Below, piece after piece: positions 47,695 to 58,046 of a DNA stretch of 64,000 nt (positions are counted from its first letter, which is position 1; each line of letters starts with the position of its first letter). A model generated the notes under the pieces. The model was given only the letters and a program-made list of their open reading frames with translations. It searched no databases and was not told the origin of the DNA. A program made the position numbers and the translations under genes. The stretch is from NCBI GenBank assembly GCA_017410525.1, contig JAFQQQ010000002.1:205591-269590 (forward strand), given 5' to 3'. Origin of the DNA: Bacilli bacterium (GTDB lineage: Bacteria > Bacillota_I > Bacilli_A > RF39 > UBA660).

Positions 47695-49170
47695 ATGTTA
47701 ATACTAATATTGGTGATATGTATGAGTATATGGAATAAGAAAGAAATAAAAAGAGATATACAAAGATTAAATAAAGATATAGAAGTAGATATATTAATTA
47801 TAGGTGCTGGTATTACCGGAATGACTACCGCATACTTTCTGAAAGATAAAAATATATGTGTAGTAGACGCCAATAGGATAGGTCATGGGGTAACTTTAAA
47901 TACAACAGCTAAAATAAATTATTTTCAAGAGAGAGTGTATACAAAAATAAAAAATATTAGAGATGAGAAATCAGCTAAAAAATATCTGAAATCTCAAATA
48001 AGCGCTATTAAAGATATAAAAGAAATAATAGAAAAAGAAAATATAAATTGTGATTTTAAAATGGTAGATTCGTATGTATTTAGTAATAAAGAAAGTGAAA
48101 CACAACCATTAAAAAAAGAAATAGAATTTTTAAAAGAAAATAATATACAAGTAAAACAAAAAGAATTGCCTAATAAAATAACTCAGTACTTATCTTACTG
48201 TGTAAGTGATACATATATTTTCAATCCTATAAAGTACTTAGAAGGAATTTATAAAATATTAAAAGAAAAAAATATAAATATATTTGAAGAAACTAAAATA
48301 TTAAAAATAAAAAAGAAAGATGATTATTATATTTGTTATAGTAATAAATATAAAATAAAGACTAAAAAAGTAATACTTGCTTGTCATTATCCTTATTTTA
48401 TATTACCATTTTTACTACCTTTAAGGTCTCATATAGAAAAATCTTATATAGTTATTAGTAGAGTTAAGAAAGATTTGAATTTTACTTGTATAAGTTCATC
48501 TAGTCCGACTTATTCTTGTAGATTTTATAATGATGGAGATAATATATATCAAATATCTTTAGCAGAATCCCATAATACAAGTATCAAACAAAATGATGAA
48601 TATCACTTTAAAAGAGTTAAAGAAATATTTAATTTGAAAGAGAGTGATATAGTAATAACTTATTCTAATGTAGATATAATGACTCCGGATCATATGCCTT
48701 ATATAGGTAGATTAAAAGATAATATTTATATAGCGTGTGGTTATAATACATGGGGTATGACTAATGGGGTACTAGCTGCTAGAATACTGAGTGATATGAT
48801 ACTAAATAAAGAAAATGAATATGTAGAAGTGTTTAATCCTAATAGAATAAATATTGCTAATATAGTAGATTTACCTAACATAATATTTAGTCAAACAAAA
48901 TCATTCTTTGGGCCTAAATTAGTAAAAAACAAATCATGGTATAACGGTAATATAACCTTTATAAATAAAGAAGGCAAAAGTTTAGCTGTATACAAAGATG
49001 AAAAAGGAAATAATCACATTATACATAATAAATGTCCGCATTTTGGATGTAGTTTAATTTTTAATGAAGAAGAAAAAACTTGGGATTGTCCTTGTCATTC
49101 ATCTAGGTTTGATATAGATGGTAGATGCATTAAAGGACCAAGTAATTATGATATCTCTTATAAAGAATAA
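47695..49170 (+). CDS. FAD-dependent oxidoreductase with C-terminal Rieske [2Fe-2S] domain (YhfW-like)
   Basis: DILIIGAGITGMTTAYFL dinucleotide-binding motif and C-terminal CPHFGC...CPCHSSRFD Rieske ligands. The true start may be M at about 47722. Confidence 0.7.
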   Translation: MLILILVICMSIWNKKEIKRDIQRLNKDIEVDILIIGAGITGMTTAYFLKDKNICVVDANRIGHGVTLNTTAKINYFQERVYTKIKNIRDEKSAKKYLKSQISAIKDIKEIIEKENINCDFKMVDSYVFSNKESETQPLKKEIEFLKENNIQVKQKELPNKITQYLSYCVSDTYIFNPIKYLEGIYKILKEKNINIFEETKILKIKKKDDYYICYSNKYKIKTKKVILACHYPYFILPFLLPLRSHIEKSYIVISRVKKDLNFTCISSSSPTYSCRFYNDGDNIYQISLAESHNTSIKQNDEYHFKRVKEIFNLKESDIVITYSNVDIMTPDHMPYIGRLKDNIYIACGYNTWGMTNGVLAARILSDMILNKENEYVEVFNPNRINIANIVDLPNIIFSQTKSFFGPKLVKNKSWYNGNITFINKEGKSLAVYKDEKGNNHIIHNKCPHFGCSLIFNEEEKTWDCPCHSSRFDIDGRCIKGPSNYDISYKE

Positions 49171-49233
49171 ATACAAAGTATTTATTTTTTTATTTTGGTG
49201 TAGTATAATTTATATAGAAAGTAGAGTGGTTTA

Positions 49234-50241
49234 ATGAAAATATTAGTTACAGGTGGTACAGGTTATATTGGTAGTCATACTTGTGTTGAATTATTAGATG
49301 CAGGATATGAAATAGTAGTTATTGATAATTTATCTAATTCCAAAATAGAAGTAGTAGATAAAATAAAAGAAATAACAGGTAAAGAATTTAAATTTTATGA
49401 AGGAGATTGCTGTGATAAAAATATTTTAACTAAAATATTTGAAGAAAACGAAATATCTGCAGTAATACATTTTGCAGGTTTTAAAGCAGTAGGAGAATCT
49501 GTATTAAAACCTTTAAAATATTATAGAAATAATTTGGATTCAACAATAACTTTATTAGAAGTAATGAGTGAATATAGTATTAAAAAAATCGCATTCTCAT
49601 CAAGTGCTACAGTATATGGCAAACCGGAAACATTACCAATCAAAGAAGATTTCCCACTATCAACAACTAATCCTTATGGAACAACTAAGTTGATGATAGA
49701 AGATATACTTAGAGATTTGTATGTATCAGATAATGAATGGAGTATAGCTATACTTAGATACTTTAATCCAATAGGGGCTCATAAGTCAGGACTTATAGGA
49801 GAAAATCCTAATGATATTCCAAATAATTTAATGCCATATATAGTTAAAGTAGCGACACATGAACTTGAGTGTCTTAGTGTATTTGGAAATGACTATGATA
49901 CAAAAGATGGCACAGGTGTAAGAGACTATATTCATGTAGTAGATCTTGCTAAAGGACATATTAAAGCGTTAGAAAAAGTATTAAAAGATAAAGGTGTAGA
50001 TGCATATAACTTAGGTACAGGTAATGGATATAGTGTTTTAGAAATCGTTAATACATTTATGGATGTAAATAAGATAGATGTTAACTATAAAATAACAGAT
50101 AGAAGACCTGGAGACATAGATGCCTGTTATGCAGATCCAACTTATGCTAAAGAGAAACTTAATTGGGAAGCAAATCTAGGAATTGAAGAAATGTGTGAAG
50201 ATGCATATAACTTTGTTAAAAAATTTAAAGAAGACAAATAG
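49234..50241 (+). CDS. galE: UDP-glucose 4-epimerase
   Basis: MKILVTGGTGYIGSHT, the YxxxK catalytic dyad region (PYGTTK) and 335 aa. Confidence 0.9.
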   Translation: MKILVTGGTGYIGSHTCVELLDAGYEIVVIDNLSNSKIEVVDKIKEITGKEFKFYEGDCCDKNILTKIFEENEISAVIHFAGFKAVGESVLKPLKYYRNNLDSTITLLEVMSEYSIKKIAFSSSATVYGKPETLPIKEDFPLSTTNPYGTTKLMIEDILRDLYVSDNEWSIAILRYFNPIGAHKSGLIGENPNDIPNNLMPYIVKVATHELECLSVFGNDYDTKDGTGVRDYIHVVDLAKGHIKALEKVLKDKGVDAYNLGTGNGYSVLEIVNTFMDVNKIDVNYKITDRRPGDIDACYADPTYAKEKLNWEANLGIEEMCEDAYNFVKKFKEDK

Positions 50242-50309
50242 TCTTCTTTTTGTTTAAAAAATATTTTCTTTTTAAATAAAGTGTGTTATAATTAATTAGT
50301 AATGAATCT

Positions 50310-50385
50310 GTCTCCTTAGCTCAGTTGGTAGAGCAACTGACTCTTAATCAGTGGGTCTAGGGTTCGAATCCCTAAGGGGACACCA
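50310..50385 (+). tRNA. tRNA-Lys (anticodon CUU)
   Basis: Acceptor GTCTCCT/AGGGGAC, anticodon stem ACTGA/TCAGT with loop CTCTTAA, T arm TAGGG-TTCGAAT-CCCTA, CCA. Terminator hairpin AAGATTCTTG..CAAGAATCTT follows at 50388-50427. Confidence 0.85.
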
Positions 50386-50457
50386 TTGGATATTAAAGAT
50401 TCTTGGTTTAGATTCAAGAATCTTTTTATTATAATTTTGGATTAAAGAGGGATGATT

Positions 50458-50808
50458 ATGAAAAAGAAAGGTTTTACATTAGTTGAATTACTTGCTGTTT
50501 TAGTTATTTTATCTATTTTATCAATTATTGCTACAGTTACGGTTAGTTCTATATTAAATGATTCTAAAAGTTCACTTTCTGATAGGCAAAAAAGAAATAT
50601 AGAAAATGCTGCAGAAACTTATTATTTAAAAGAAGGCATGAACTCTAATGATATGTGTATTAGTGTTGAAGAACTAATAGAAAAAGGATACATTGATAGT
50701 GTTACTGTAAAAGATCCACAGGACAGGAAAGAAATGACTGGATATGTAAAAATAACTTATGCTTCAAATCAATATTCATATAAATATCAAGAAATTTCTT
50801 GTGAATAA
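50458..50808 (+). CDS. Type IV prepilin/pseudopilin-like protein (N-terminal class III signal KKGFTLVELL)
   Basis: A G|FTLVE prepilin-peptidase site followed by a hydrophobic helix. 116 aa. Confidence 0.6.
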   Translation: MKKKGFTLVELLAVLVILSILSIIATVTVSSILNDSKSSLSDRQKRNIENAAETYYLKEGMNSNDMCISVEELIEKGYIDSVTVKDPQDRKEMTGYVKITYASNQYSYKYQEISCE

Positions 50809-50850
50809 AAATTAAAAATCTTCTCACAATATTAGTGGGAGGATTTTTTT

Positions 50851-51291
50851 ATGGAAAAAAAAGAATATAAAAAGATAGTAGATAAATATACTCCAGATGA
50901 ACCTAGATTTAGAAATGCATTGATTGCTTTTATAATAGGTGGATTTATGGGAGTGTTAGGTAATTTTTTAGTAGACTTTTATTCATCAACATTTGATTTA
51001 TCTAGTAAGGATGCTAGTGTATTTATGATTATTACTTTGGTTTTTTTAGGATGTTTTCTAACTTGTTTAGGATTTTTTGATAAATGGGTAGGGTTTGCTA
51101 AATGTGGACTTATTATACCTATAACAGGATTTGCACATGCTATGATGAGTGCAGCTTTAGAATATAGAAAAGAAGGTTTGGTAACGGGGATAGGTTCTAA
51201 TATGTTTAAACTTGCTGGTTCGGTAATTATATTTGGCGTTGTTTCAGCATACATATTTGGGCTTTTAAGATTACTTGTAATAGGAGGTTAA
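50851..51291 (+). CDS. spoVAC: Stage V sporulation protein AC
   Basis: MEKKEYKKIVDKYTPDEP.. followed by four TM helices; typical SpoVAC size and sequence. Confidence 0.85.
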   Translation: MEKKEYKKIVDKYTPDEPRFRNALIAFIIGGFMGVLGNFLVDFYSSTFDLSSKDASVFMIITLVFLGCFLTCLGFFDKWVGFAKCGLIIPITGFAHAMMSAALEYRKEGLVTGIGSNMFKLAGSVIIFGVVSAYIFGLLRLLVIGG

Positions 51292-51292
51292 T

Positions 51293-52282
51293 ATGACTTT
51301 TAAATATAATAATGTATATATAAATGAAACTAGTACAGTAGTTGGACCCTATGAAGCAAAAGGGCCTTTTTCTAAACTTTATGATAAGTGTTATAAAGAT
51401 TTTTATTTTAACGAAAAGACATGGGAACAAGCAGAAACTAAATTAATACAAGAAAGTGTAGAAATATTATTAAAAAAATCAAATAGGAAAAATAGTAAAA
51501 TTGATGTACATATTGGTGGTGACTTATTAAATCAAATAGTTGCGACTAATTATGCATCTGCTATAATAGGTATACCTTTAATAGGTATATATTCGGCGTG
51601 TGCAACGAGTAACTTAAGTTTATTACTTGCTAGTAATATGATAGAAGCAAATCAAATACAGAATGCTATAGTAACTGCATCCTCTCATAACAATAGTGCA
51701 GAAAAGCAATATAGAAACCCAGTAGAATATGGTGGGCCTAAAAAAGAATATTCAACATTTACAACTACAGGATGTGCTGCTTGTTATTTATCTAATGAAG
51801 AGTCAAAAATAAAAGTAGAGTCCGCAACCCTAGGCACAGTGGTTGATATGGGAATAACTGATGTATTTAATATGGGAGCAGTTATGGCTCCAGCAGCTGC
51901 TAAAGTAATAAATGACCATTTAAAAGATACTGGTAGAAAAATAGAATATTATGATTTAATACTTACTGGTGATTTAGGAGTAGTAGGTAAAATGATTTTA
52001 AAAGATTATATGAAACAGGAATATAATATTACTTTAAAAAATTATGATGATTCTGCTTGTATGATATTTGATATGGATACACAACCGGTTTATATGGGTG
52101 GTAGTGGAGTATCTTGTTTACCACTTGTTGCTTATACACACGTACTTAATAAAATGAAAAAAGGTGAGTTAAAGAAAGTTTTATTAGTTGCTACAGGTGC
52201 TTTAATGAATCCTACTATGTGTAATCAGCACTTATCTATACCTAGTATTGCTCATGCAATTAGTTTGGAGGCGGTTAAATGA
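51293..52282 (+). CDS. spoVAD: Stage V sporulation protein AD (thiolase-fold)
   Basis: About 330 aa with thiolase-like Cys region (IYSACATS); positioned between spoVAC and spoVAEb. Confidence 0.85.
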   Translation: MTFKYNNVYINETSTVVGPYEAKGPFSKLYDKCYKDFYFNEKTWEQAETKLIQESVEILLKKSNRKNSKIDVHIGGDLLNQIVATNYASAIIGIPLIGIYSACATSNLSLLLASNMIEANQIQNAIVTASSHNNSAEKQYRNPVEYGGPKKEYSTFTTTGCAACYLSNEESKIKVESATLGTVVDMGITDVFNMGAVMAPAAAKVINDHLKDTGRKIEYYDLILTGDLGVVGKMILKDYMKQEYNITLKNYDDSACMIFDMDTQPVYMGGSGVSCLPLVAYTHVLNKMKKGELKKVLLVATGALMNPTMCNQHLSIPSIAHAISLEAVK

Positions 52283-52629
52283 TACATTTTAATGCTTTTG
52301 TTTTTTGTGGTATAGTTTGTTTAATAGGACAAATAATACTTGACAATACTAAACTTACTCCTGGGCACATTACAACTATATTTGTAATAGTAGGAGCATT
52401 CTTAGATGTATTTAATATTTATGATAAATTTGTGCTTTGGGCAGGTGGTGGAGCTTTAGTACCAATAACTTCTTTCGGTCATTTACTTATACATGGTGCA
52501 ATGGATACTGTAAATAATTATGGTGTAATGGGATTATTTATGGGGATGTTTGATTTAACGTCTTCTGGAATAGTCGCTGCTATTATATTTTCGTTTGTTT
52601 TATCTTTAATTTTTCAACCTAGAGATTAA
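52279..52629 (+). CDS. spoVAEB: Stage V sporulation protein AEb
   Basis: 116-aa four-TM protein overlapping the spoVAD stop. Confidence 0.8.
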   Translation: MIHFNAFVFCGIVCLIGQIILDNTKLTPGHITTIFVIVGAFLDVFNIYDKFVLWAGGGALVPITSFGHLLIHGAMDTVNNYGVMGLFMGMFDLTSSGIVAAIIFSFVLSLIFQPRD

Positions 52630-52720
52630 ATTTGTGTAAACTTAAAAATAATTTTTCAGAACTTATTGAAATTATAAAAAATATATGTTATAATTTGGTC
52701 ATAAAATAGGAGGTATGTTT

Positions 52721-52861
52721 ATGGCTAAAAGGGGTAGACCTTCAAATAAAGTTATAGCGAAAAGAAAAGTTGCTAAATCTAAAAGTGAATTATCACTATT
52801 AGTAGGAATTTTCTTCGTAGTTTTACTTTTAATACTAGGTTATTTCTTTTTAATTAAATAG
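52721..52861 (+). CDS. Small (46-aa) basic membrane peptide MAKRGRPSNKVIAKRKVAKSKSELSLLVGIFFVVLLLILGYFFLIK
   Basis: RBS AGGAGG 7 nt upstream. Basic N-terminus plus a single TM helix. Not in the ORF track because it is under 60 aa. Confidence 0.35.
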   Translation: MAKRGRPSNKVIAKRKVAKSKSELSLLVGIFFVVLLLILGYFFLIK

Positions 52862-53006
52862 AGTTATCTCTATTTTTTTTATTTAATTTTCATAAAAGAA
52901 AAAAGTGTTAAGTTTTTGTGTAAAAATATTGTAAATTTTACCAAAAATACTTGTTTTCGCTTTTTTTATTATGTATAATAAATTTGTATGTTAAAAGGAG
53001 GATTTT

Positions 53007-55640
53007 ATGACAAAATATGTTTATGCCTTTAAAGAAGGTAACAAAGACATGCGAAATTTGTTAGGTGGTAAAGGTGCTAACCTTGCTGAAATGACAGGTA
53101 TTGGACTTCCTGTTCCACAAGGATTTACTGTTACTACTGAAGCATGTATTAAGTATTATGATGATGGAGAAGATATATCTCAAGAAATCAAAGATGAAAT
53201 TTTAAGTCACTTAGAAGGACTTGAAAAAGAATCTGGAAAAAAATTTGGAGATATGGAAAATCCGTTATTAGTATCTGTTAGAAGTGGTGCTAGAGCATCT
53301 ATGCCAGGTATGATGGATACAGTTTTAAACTTAGGTTTGAATGATGAAGTTGCAAAAGGATTTGCTAAAGCTACAAACAATGCAAGATTTGTATACGATA
53401 GTTATAGAAGATTTATTCAAATGTTTGCTGATGTAGTTATGGGATTCCCAAAAAGTTCATTTGAAAGAAAATTTGATGCAATTAAAGAAGAAAAAAACGT
53501 TAAATTTGATACTGAATTAAGTGCTGAAGATTTAATGGAAGTTGTTGAAATTTACAAAAATGAATACAAAAATCATGCTGGTGTAGATTTTCCACAAGAT
53601 CCAAAAGATCAATTATTAGAAGCTGTAAAAGCTGTATTTAGAAGTTGGAATAATGATAGAGCAATCACTTATCGTAGATTAAATGATATTCCATCTAGTT
53701 GGGGAACTGCTGTTAACGTTCAAGAAATGGTTTATGGTAACCGTGGAGATGATTGTGGTACAGGTGTTGCATTTACAAGAAATCCAGCAACTGGAGAAAA
53801 GAAATTATACGGTGAATATTTAATGAATGCTCAAGGAGAAGATGTTGTTGCTGGTATTCGTACACCTCAAACAATTGATACTCTAAAAGAAGTTATGCCT
53901 GATTGCTATGATCAATTTGTAAAAATTTGTAATATTCTTGAAAATCATTACAAAGATATGCAAGATATGGAATTTACTATTGAAAACGGAAAACTTTTCA
54001 TGTTACAAACTCGTAATGGAAAAAGAACTGCTCAAGCTGCTTTAAAAATAGCTGTTGATTTAGTAAATGAAGGAATGATTTCTAAAGAAGAAGCTATTCT
54101 AAAAGTTGAACCAAAACAATTAGATCAATTATTACATCCAAACTTTGATGCTGCAAGCTTAAAGGCCGCTAAAGTAGTTGCAAAAGGTTTAGCTGCTTCT
54201 CCAGGAGCTGCAACTGGTAAAATTTACTTTACTGCAGAAGATGTTATGGAAGCTGCTAAACAAGGTGAAAAAGATATATTATTAGTTAGACTTGAAACTA
54301 GTCCAGAAGATATCGAAGGTATGAATATCGCTCACGGTATTTTAACTATCCGTGGTGGTATGACTAGCCATGCTGCAGTTGTTGCTCGTGGTATGGGTAC
54401 TTGCTGTGTATCTGGATGTGGTGAACTTGTAATAGATGAAGAAGCTAAAACTGTTAAAACAGTTGATGGTAAAGTATACAAAGAAGGAGACTGGATGAGC
54501 TTAGATGGTTCAACTGGTAATGTATACGGTGAACAAGTTAAAACTGTTGAACCAGAAATAAGCGGAGACTTTGAAACATTTATGGGATGGGCTGATAGTG
54601 TTAGAAGACTTAAAGTTAGAACTAATGCTGATTCACCAAGAGATGCAATTCAAGCTCGTAAATTTGGTGCTGAAGGTATAGGTCTATGCCGTACAGAACA
54701 CATGTTCTTTGAAGAAGAAAGAATTTTCAACTTCCGTAGAATGATTGCTGCTGATTCAGTAGAAATGAGAGAAGAAGCTTTAGAAAAAATCTTACCATAT
54801 CAAAGAAAAGATTTTGAAGGATTATTTGAAGCTATGGAAGGAGATCCTGTTGTAATTCGTTACTTAGATCCACCTTTACATGAATTCTTACCTCATACAG
54901 ATGCTGAAATTAAAGCTTTAGCTGAAAGTTTAGGAATGAGTTTTGAAGCATTAAAAAATCGTGTTGAATCATTAAAAGAATTCAATCCAATGATGGGACA
55001 TAGAGGATGTAGATTAGCTGTTACATATCCAGAAATAGCTAAAATGCAAACAAGAGCCGTTATTGAAGCTGCAATCAATGTAAATAAAAAAGGTATGAAC
55101 ATAATTCCTGAAATAATGATCCCACTTGTTGGAGATATTAATGAATTAAAATATGTTAAAAAAGTAGTTTGTGAAACTGCAGATGCTATAATTGCTGAAG
55201 CTGGGGTTGAACTTACTTACCATGTTGGAACAATGATAGAAATTCCAAGAGCTGCTGTTACAGCAGATGAAATAGCTAAAGAAGCTGAATTCTTCTCATT
55301 CGGAACTAATGACTTAACTCAAATGACATATGGTTTCTCAAGAGATGATGCTGCTAAATTCTTAAATGAATACTATACAAAAGGAATTTTTGAAAATGAT
55401 CCATTCGCTAAGTTAGATCAAAACGGTGTAGGTAAACTTGTTGAAATGGCTGCTAAACTTGGTAAATCAACTCGTCCTGATATCCATATGGGTATTTGTG
55501 GAGAACACGGTGGAGAACCAAGCAGTGTTGAATTCTGTCATAAGGTAGGACTTGACTATGTATCTTGTAGCCCATTCAGAGTACCTCTAGCTAGACTTGC
55601 TGCTGCACAAGCCTCTATCAAAGAAGGGATGAATAAGTAA
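53007..55640 (+). CDS. ppdK: Pyruvate, phosphate dikinase
   Basis: 877 aa, N-terminal ATP-grasp region, phospho-His domain (GGMTSHAAVVARGMG) and the PEP-utilising C-domain. Terminator AAACGAAAATCGTTT at about 55646-55661. Confidence 0.9.
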   Translation: MTKYVYAFKEGNKDMRNLLGGKGANLAEMTGIGLPVPQGFTVTTEACIKYYDDGEDISQEIKDEILSHLEGLEKESGKKFGDMENPLLVSVRSGARASMPGMMDTVLNLGLNDEVAKGFAKATNNARFVYDSYRRFIQMFADVVMGFPKSSFERKFDAIKEEKNVKFDTELSAEDLMEVVEIYKNEYKNHAGVDFPQDPKDQLLEAVKAVFRSWNNDRAITYRRLNDIPSSWGTAVNVQEMVYGNRGDDCGTGVAFTRNPATGEKKLYGEYLMNAQGEDVVAGIRTPQTIDTLKEVMPDCYDQFVKICNILENHYKDMQDMEFTIENGKLFMLQTRNGKRTAQAALKIAVDLVNEGMISKEEAILKVEPKQLDQLLHPNFDAASLKAAKVVAKGLAASPGAATGKIYFTAEDVMEAAKQGEKDILLVRLETSPEDIEGMNIAHGILTIRGGMTSHAAVVARGMGTCCVSGCGELVIDEEAKTVKTVDGKVYKEGDWMSLDGSTGNVYGEQVKTVEPEISGDFETFMGWADSVRRLKVRTNADSPRDAIQARKFGAEGIGLCRTEHMFFEEERIFNFRRMIAADSVEMREEALEKILPYQRKDFEGLFEAMEGDPVVIRYLDPPLHEFLPHTDAEIKALAESLGMSFEALKNRVESLKEFNPMMGHRGCRLAVTYPEIAKMQTRAVIEAAINVNKKGMNIIPEIMIPLVGDINELKYVKKVVCETADAIIAEAGVELTYHVGTMIEIPRAAVTADEIAKEAEFFSFGTNDLTQMTYGFSRDDAAKFLNEYYTKGIFENDPFAKLDQNGVGKLVEMAAKLGKSTRPDIHMGICGEHGGEPSSVEFCHKVGLDYVSCSPFRVPLARLAAAQASIKEGMNK

Positions 55641-55839
55641 TTTAAAACGAAAATCGTTTTAATACCAATAAATATAAGGAATTAATATTGTAAAGATGTA
55701 TAATTCCTTGTAATTACAAATGTTCTTATAGGACAAATAAAAGTAAAAATATACAAAATATTAAAGACTAAGATGACTTATAGTTGCAAATCTTAGTCTT
55801 TTTTGTGCTTTGTGCGACAAGAATTTGGAGGTATTAAAA

Positions 55840-56301
55840 ATGCGATTATTGTACACTAAACCAGAATTAAAAGATTTATCCCAAGGATCAAGAATAGCGT
55901 TTGTCAGACAATTTAGATTGATGACACAAGATGAAGTATCGGATAAATTAGGATTAACAGGTGAATGTAAAAGAAGAACAATGACAAGATATGAGAAGGG
56001 AGAAAGAAATCCAAAAGATGATAGAACTTATGAATTATCTAAAATATTAAAAGTTAATTACAATGCAATAAAAAAATATGATTTCAAAGATCAATCAGAT
56101 ATACTTTATACTTTAATGTGGTTAGAAGAGTTGCTTCCTCGTTACCAAATAGATTTATCGAGAATACCAAGCATTAATGATGATAATATCATTAAATTTA
56201 AAGAATTCATCAATGAATGGGAAGAAATGAGGACAAAAAGATTTAAAAGAGAAATTTCTTACGAGCAATATGTTGAATGGAAGTTAAATTTAGAGGTGTA
56301 G
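55840..56301 (+). CDS. HTH-domain DNA-binding protein (element-encoded)
   Basis: RIAFVRQFRLMTQDEVSDKLGLTGECKRRTMTRYEKGER is an HTH_XRE-like pattern. Start chosen at M (MRLLYTKP). Confidence 0.5.
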   Translation: MRLLYTKPELKDLSQGSRIAFVRQFRLMTQDEVSDKLGLTGECKRRTMTRYEKGERNPKDDRTYELSKILKVNYNAIKKYDFKDQSDILYTLMWLEELLPRYQIDLSRIPSINDDNIIKFKEFINEWEEMRTKRFKREISYEQYVEWKLNLEV

Positions 56302-56305
56302 TAGT

Positions 56306-57166
56306 ATGTTAGAAAAAATAGATTTGTTAAAAATTGATGGTTTTAAAAATCATCCTTATAAAGTTAATGATGATGAATCTTTAAAAGAACTTGCAAGTAG
56401 TATTAAAGAAAATGGATTGCTGAATCCTTTAATAGTAAGATTAAAGTCAAATGGTAGATATGAACTAATATCAGGACATAGAAGAAAAAAAGCAATGGAG
56501 TCAATAGGAATATCAGAAGCGGAAGTATATGTAAAAAAATTGTCTGACGAAGAAGCTACGATAGAAATGGTTGATTCTAATATGTACAGAGAAAAAGTTT
56601 TACCATCAGAAAAAGCGTTTGCATATAAAATGAAATTAGAAGCATTAAAGCATCAAGGTAAATCTTTGTCCCCTAAGGGAACTAAATCTCATACGGTAGA
56701 TGAAATAGATGATACAAAAACTCAAATTTATAGATATGTAAGATTGACTTATTTAATCCCAGAATTATTACAATTAGTTGATGATACTGTTTTAAAGGAC
56801 AAAAGAGCAGTTTTAACGATGGGTTTAAAACCAGCGGTAGAATTATCATATTTAACAAAAGAAGAGCAAAAATTGGTATATATGGGGATTACATACGAGG
56901 ATTTAACTCCAAGTCATGCTCAAACAATAGAAATAAGAAAATTAAGTAAATCAAAAAAATTGGATTTTAATAGTTTAGAAGATATTTTATGTCAAAAAAA
57001 AGGAAATCAAAACGATCAAATATCATTTAATAAAGATAAAATAGAATCGGTTTTACCAACAGAATTATTGAAAAGAGATAAAAGATATATTGAACGATAT
57101 ATAATAAAAGCAATTATAGAGTATAAAAAAATGAAAATTGTTGAAGAAGATGAATTGGATTTTTAA
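56306..57166 (+). CDS. ParB/Sulfiredoxin-domain (ParB-like nuclease/partition) protein
   Basis: LNPLIVRLKSNGRYELISGHRRKKAM ParB N-domain box (GxRR). Confidence 0.7.
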   Translation: MLEKIDLLKIDGFKNHPYKVNDDESLKELASSIKENGLLNPLIVRLKSNGRYELISGHRRKKAMESIGISEAEVYVKKLSDEEATIEMVDSNMYREKVLPSEKAFAYKMKLEALKHQGKSLSPKGTKSHTVDEIDDTKTQIYRYVRLTYLIPELLQLVDDTVLKDKRAVLTMGLKPAVELSYLTKEEQKLVYMGITYEDLTPSHAQTIEIRKLSKSKKLDFNSLEDILCQKKGNQNDQISFNKDKIESVLPTELLKRDKRYIERYIIKAIIEYKKMKIVEEDELDF

Positions 57167-57190
57167 ATAAAGTAAAGAAAGGGTGATAAT

Positions 57191-58015
57191 ATGGTTTTTA
57201 AGGTGGAAAAAAATAAGAATTATACAGTAATGAGTAATTACCATTTGAGAGATAAAAACTTATCTTTGAAAGCAAAAGGCTTATTATCATTTATGCTTAG
57301 TTTACCAGATGATTGGGATTACTCATTAAATGGTTTATGTTCTATATGTAAAGAATCTGAAGGAGCAATAAAAAGTACATTAAAAGAGTTAAAAGATAAT
57401 GGATATTTGGTTATAGAAAAAGTACGAGGGGAAAAGGGATATTTTGAATATAACTATATTATTTATGAACATCCATATACATTAGAAAAGGAGAAAAACA
57501 ATCCAGAGGGTAAAAATCCACCTGTGGATTATCCAATGGTGGAAAATCATACCCAAATAAATACTAATGAACAAAGTATTAAAGAACAAATAGATAGAAT
57601 AGATAAAACCATAAATGAAGATGAGGAAAAAATTTCTTCATCTTTTTCTTTAGAAGAACATCACGCTATAACTAAAGATTTAGTTGAAAGAGAATATTTA
57701 GCAGAAGATGATGTAGAACTATACAAGTATGATAAATTTTTTAAGGAAATTTTAAAAAAACAAAAATTTACTGATGTAATTTCTATAACTCACTATATTA
57801 TTTCTAGTGTTAAAAGTCGGCATTTTATAGATGAGTTTGATAATAAGATAGAGAATAAATTTGGATATTTAAAAACATCAATTGAAAATAATATTGAAAT
57901 GTTTAAAAGACGTGAAATAGAATGGGATGATGAATTAGGATGGTTTAGGGAAGTGGATAACGATGATAAAGAATTAGATTCTTTTTATGACGATTTTGAT
58001 TATGAAATAACATAA
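57191..58015 (+). CDS. Replication-initiator/replisome-organiser-like protein (N-terminal winged helix, DnaD/RepA_N-like)
   Basis: The YTVMSNYHLRDKNLSLKAKGLLSFMLSLPDDWDYSLNGL N-terminal pattern is characteristic of Firmicute phage/plasmid RepA_N proteins, recalled from memory. Confidence 0.55.
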   Translation: MVFKVEKNKNYTVMSNYHLRDKNLSLKAKGLLSFMLSLPDDWDYSLNGLCSICKESEGAIKSTLKELKDNGYLVIEKVRGEKGYFEYNYIIYEHPYTLEKEKNNPEGKNPPVDYPMVENHTQINTNEQSIKEQIDRIDKTINEDEEKISSSFSLEEHHAITKDLVEREYLAEDDVELYKYDKFFKEILKKQKFTDVISITHYIISSVKSRHFIDEFDNKIENKFGYLKTSIENNIEMFKRREIEWDDELGWFREVDNDDKELDSFYDDFDYEIT

Positions 58016-58046
58016 AAAAAGACTAAAATCAGTCTTTAGGAATATG

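Noticed and set aside
53007-55640. Higher GC and different codon bias of ppdK as a sign of horizontal transfer.
   Set aside because: The bias is towards C/T-ending preferred codons, typical of a highly expressed gene in low-GC Firmicutes. Flanking genes and the terminator look native.
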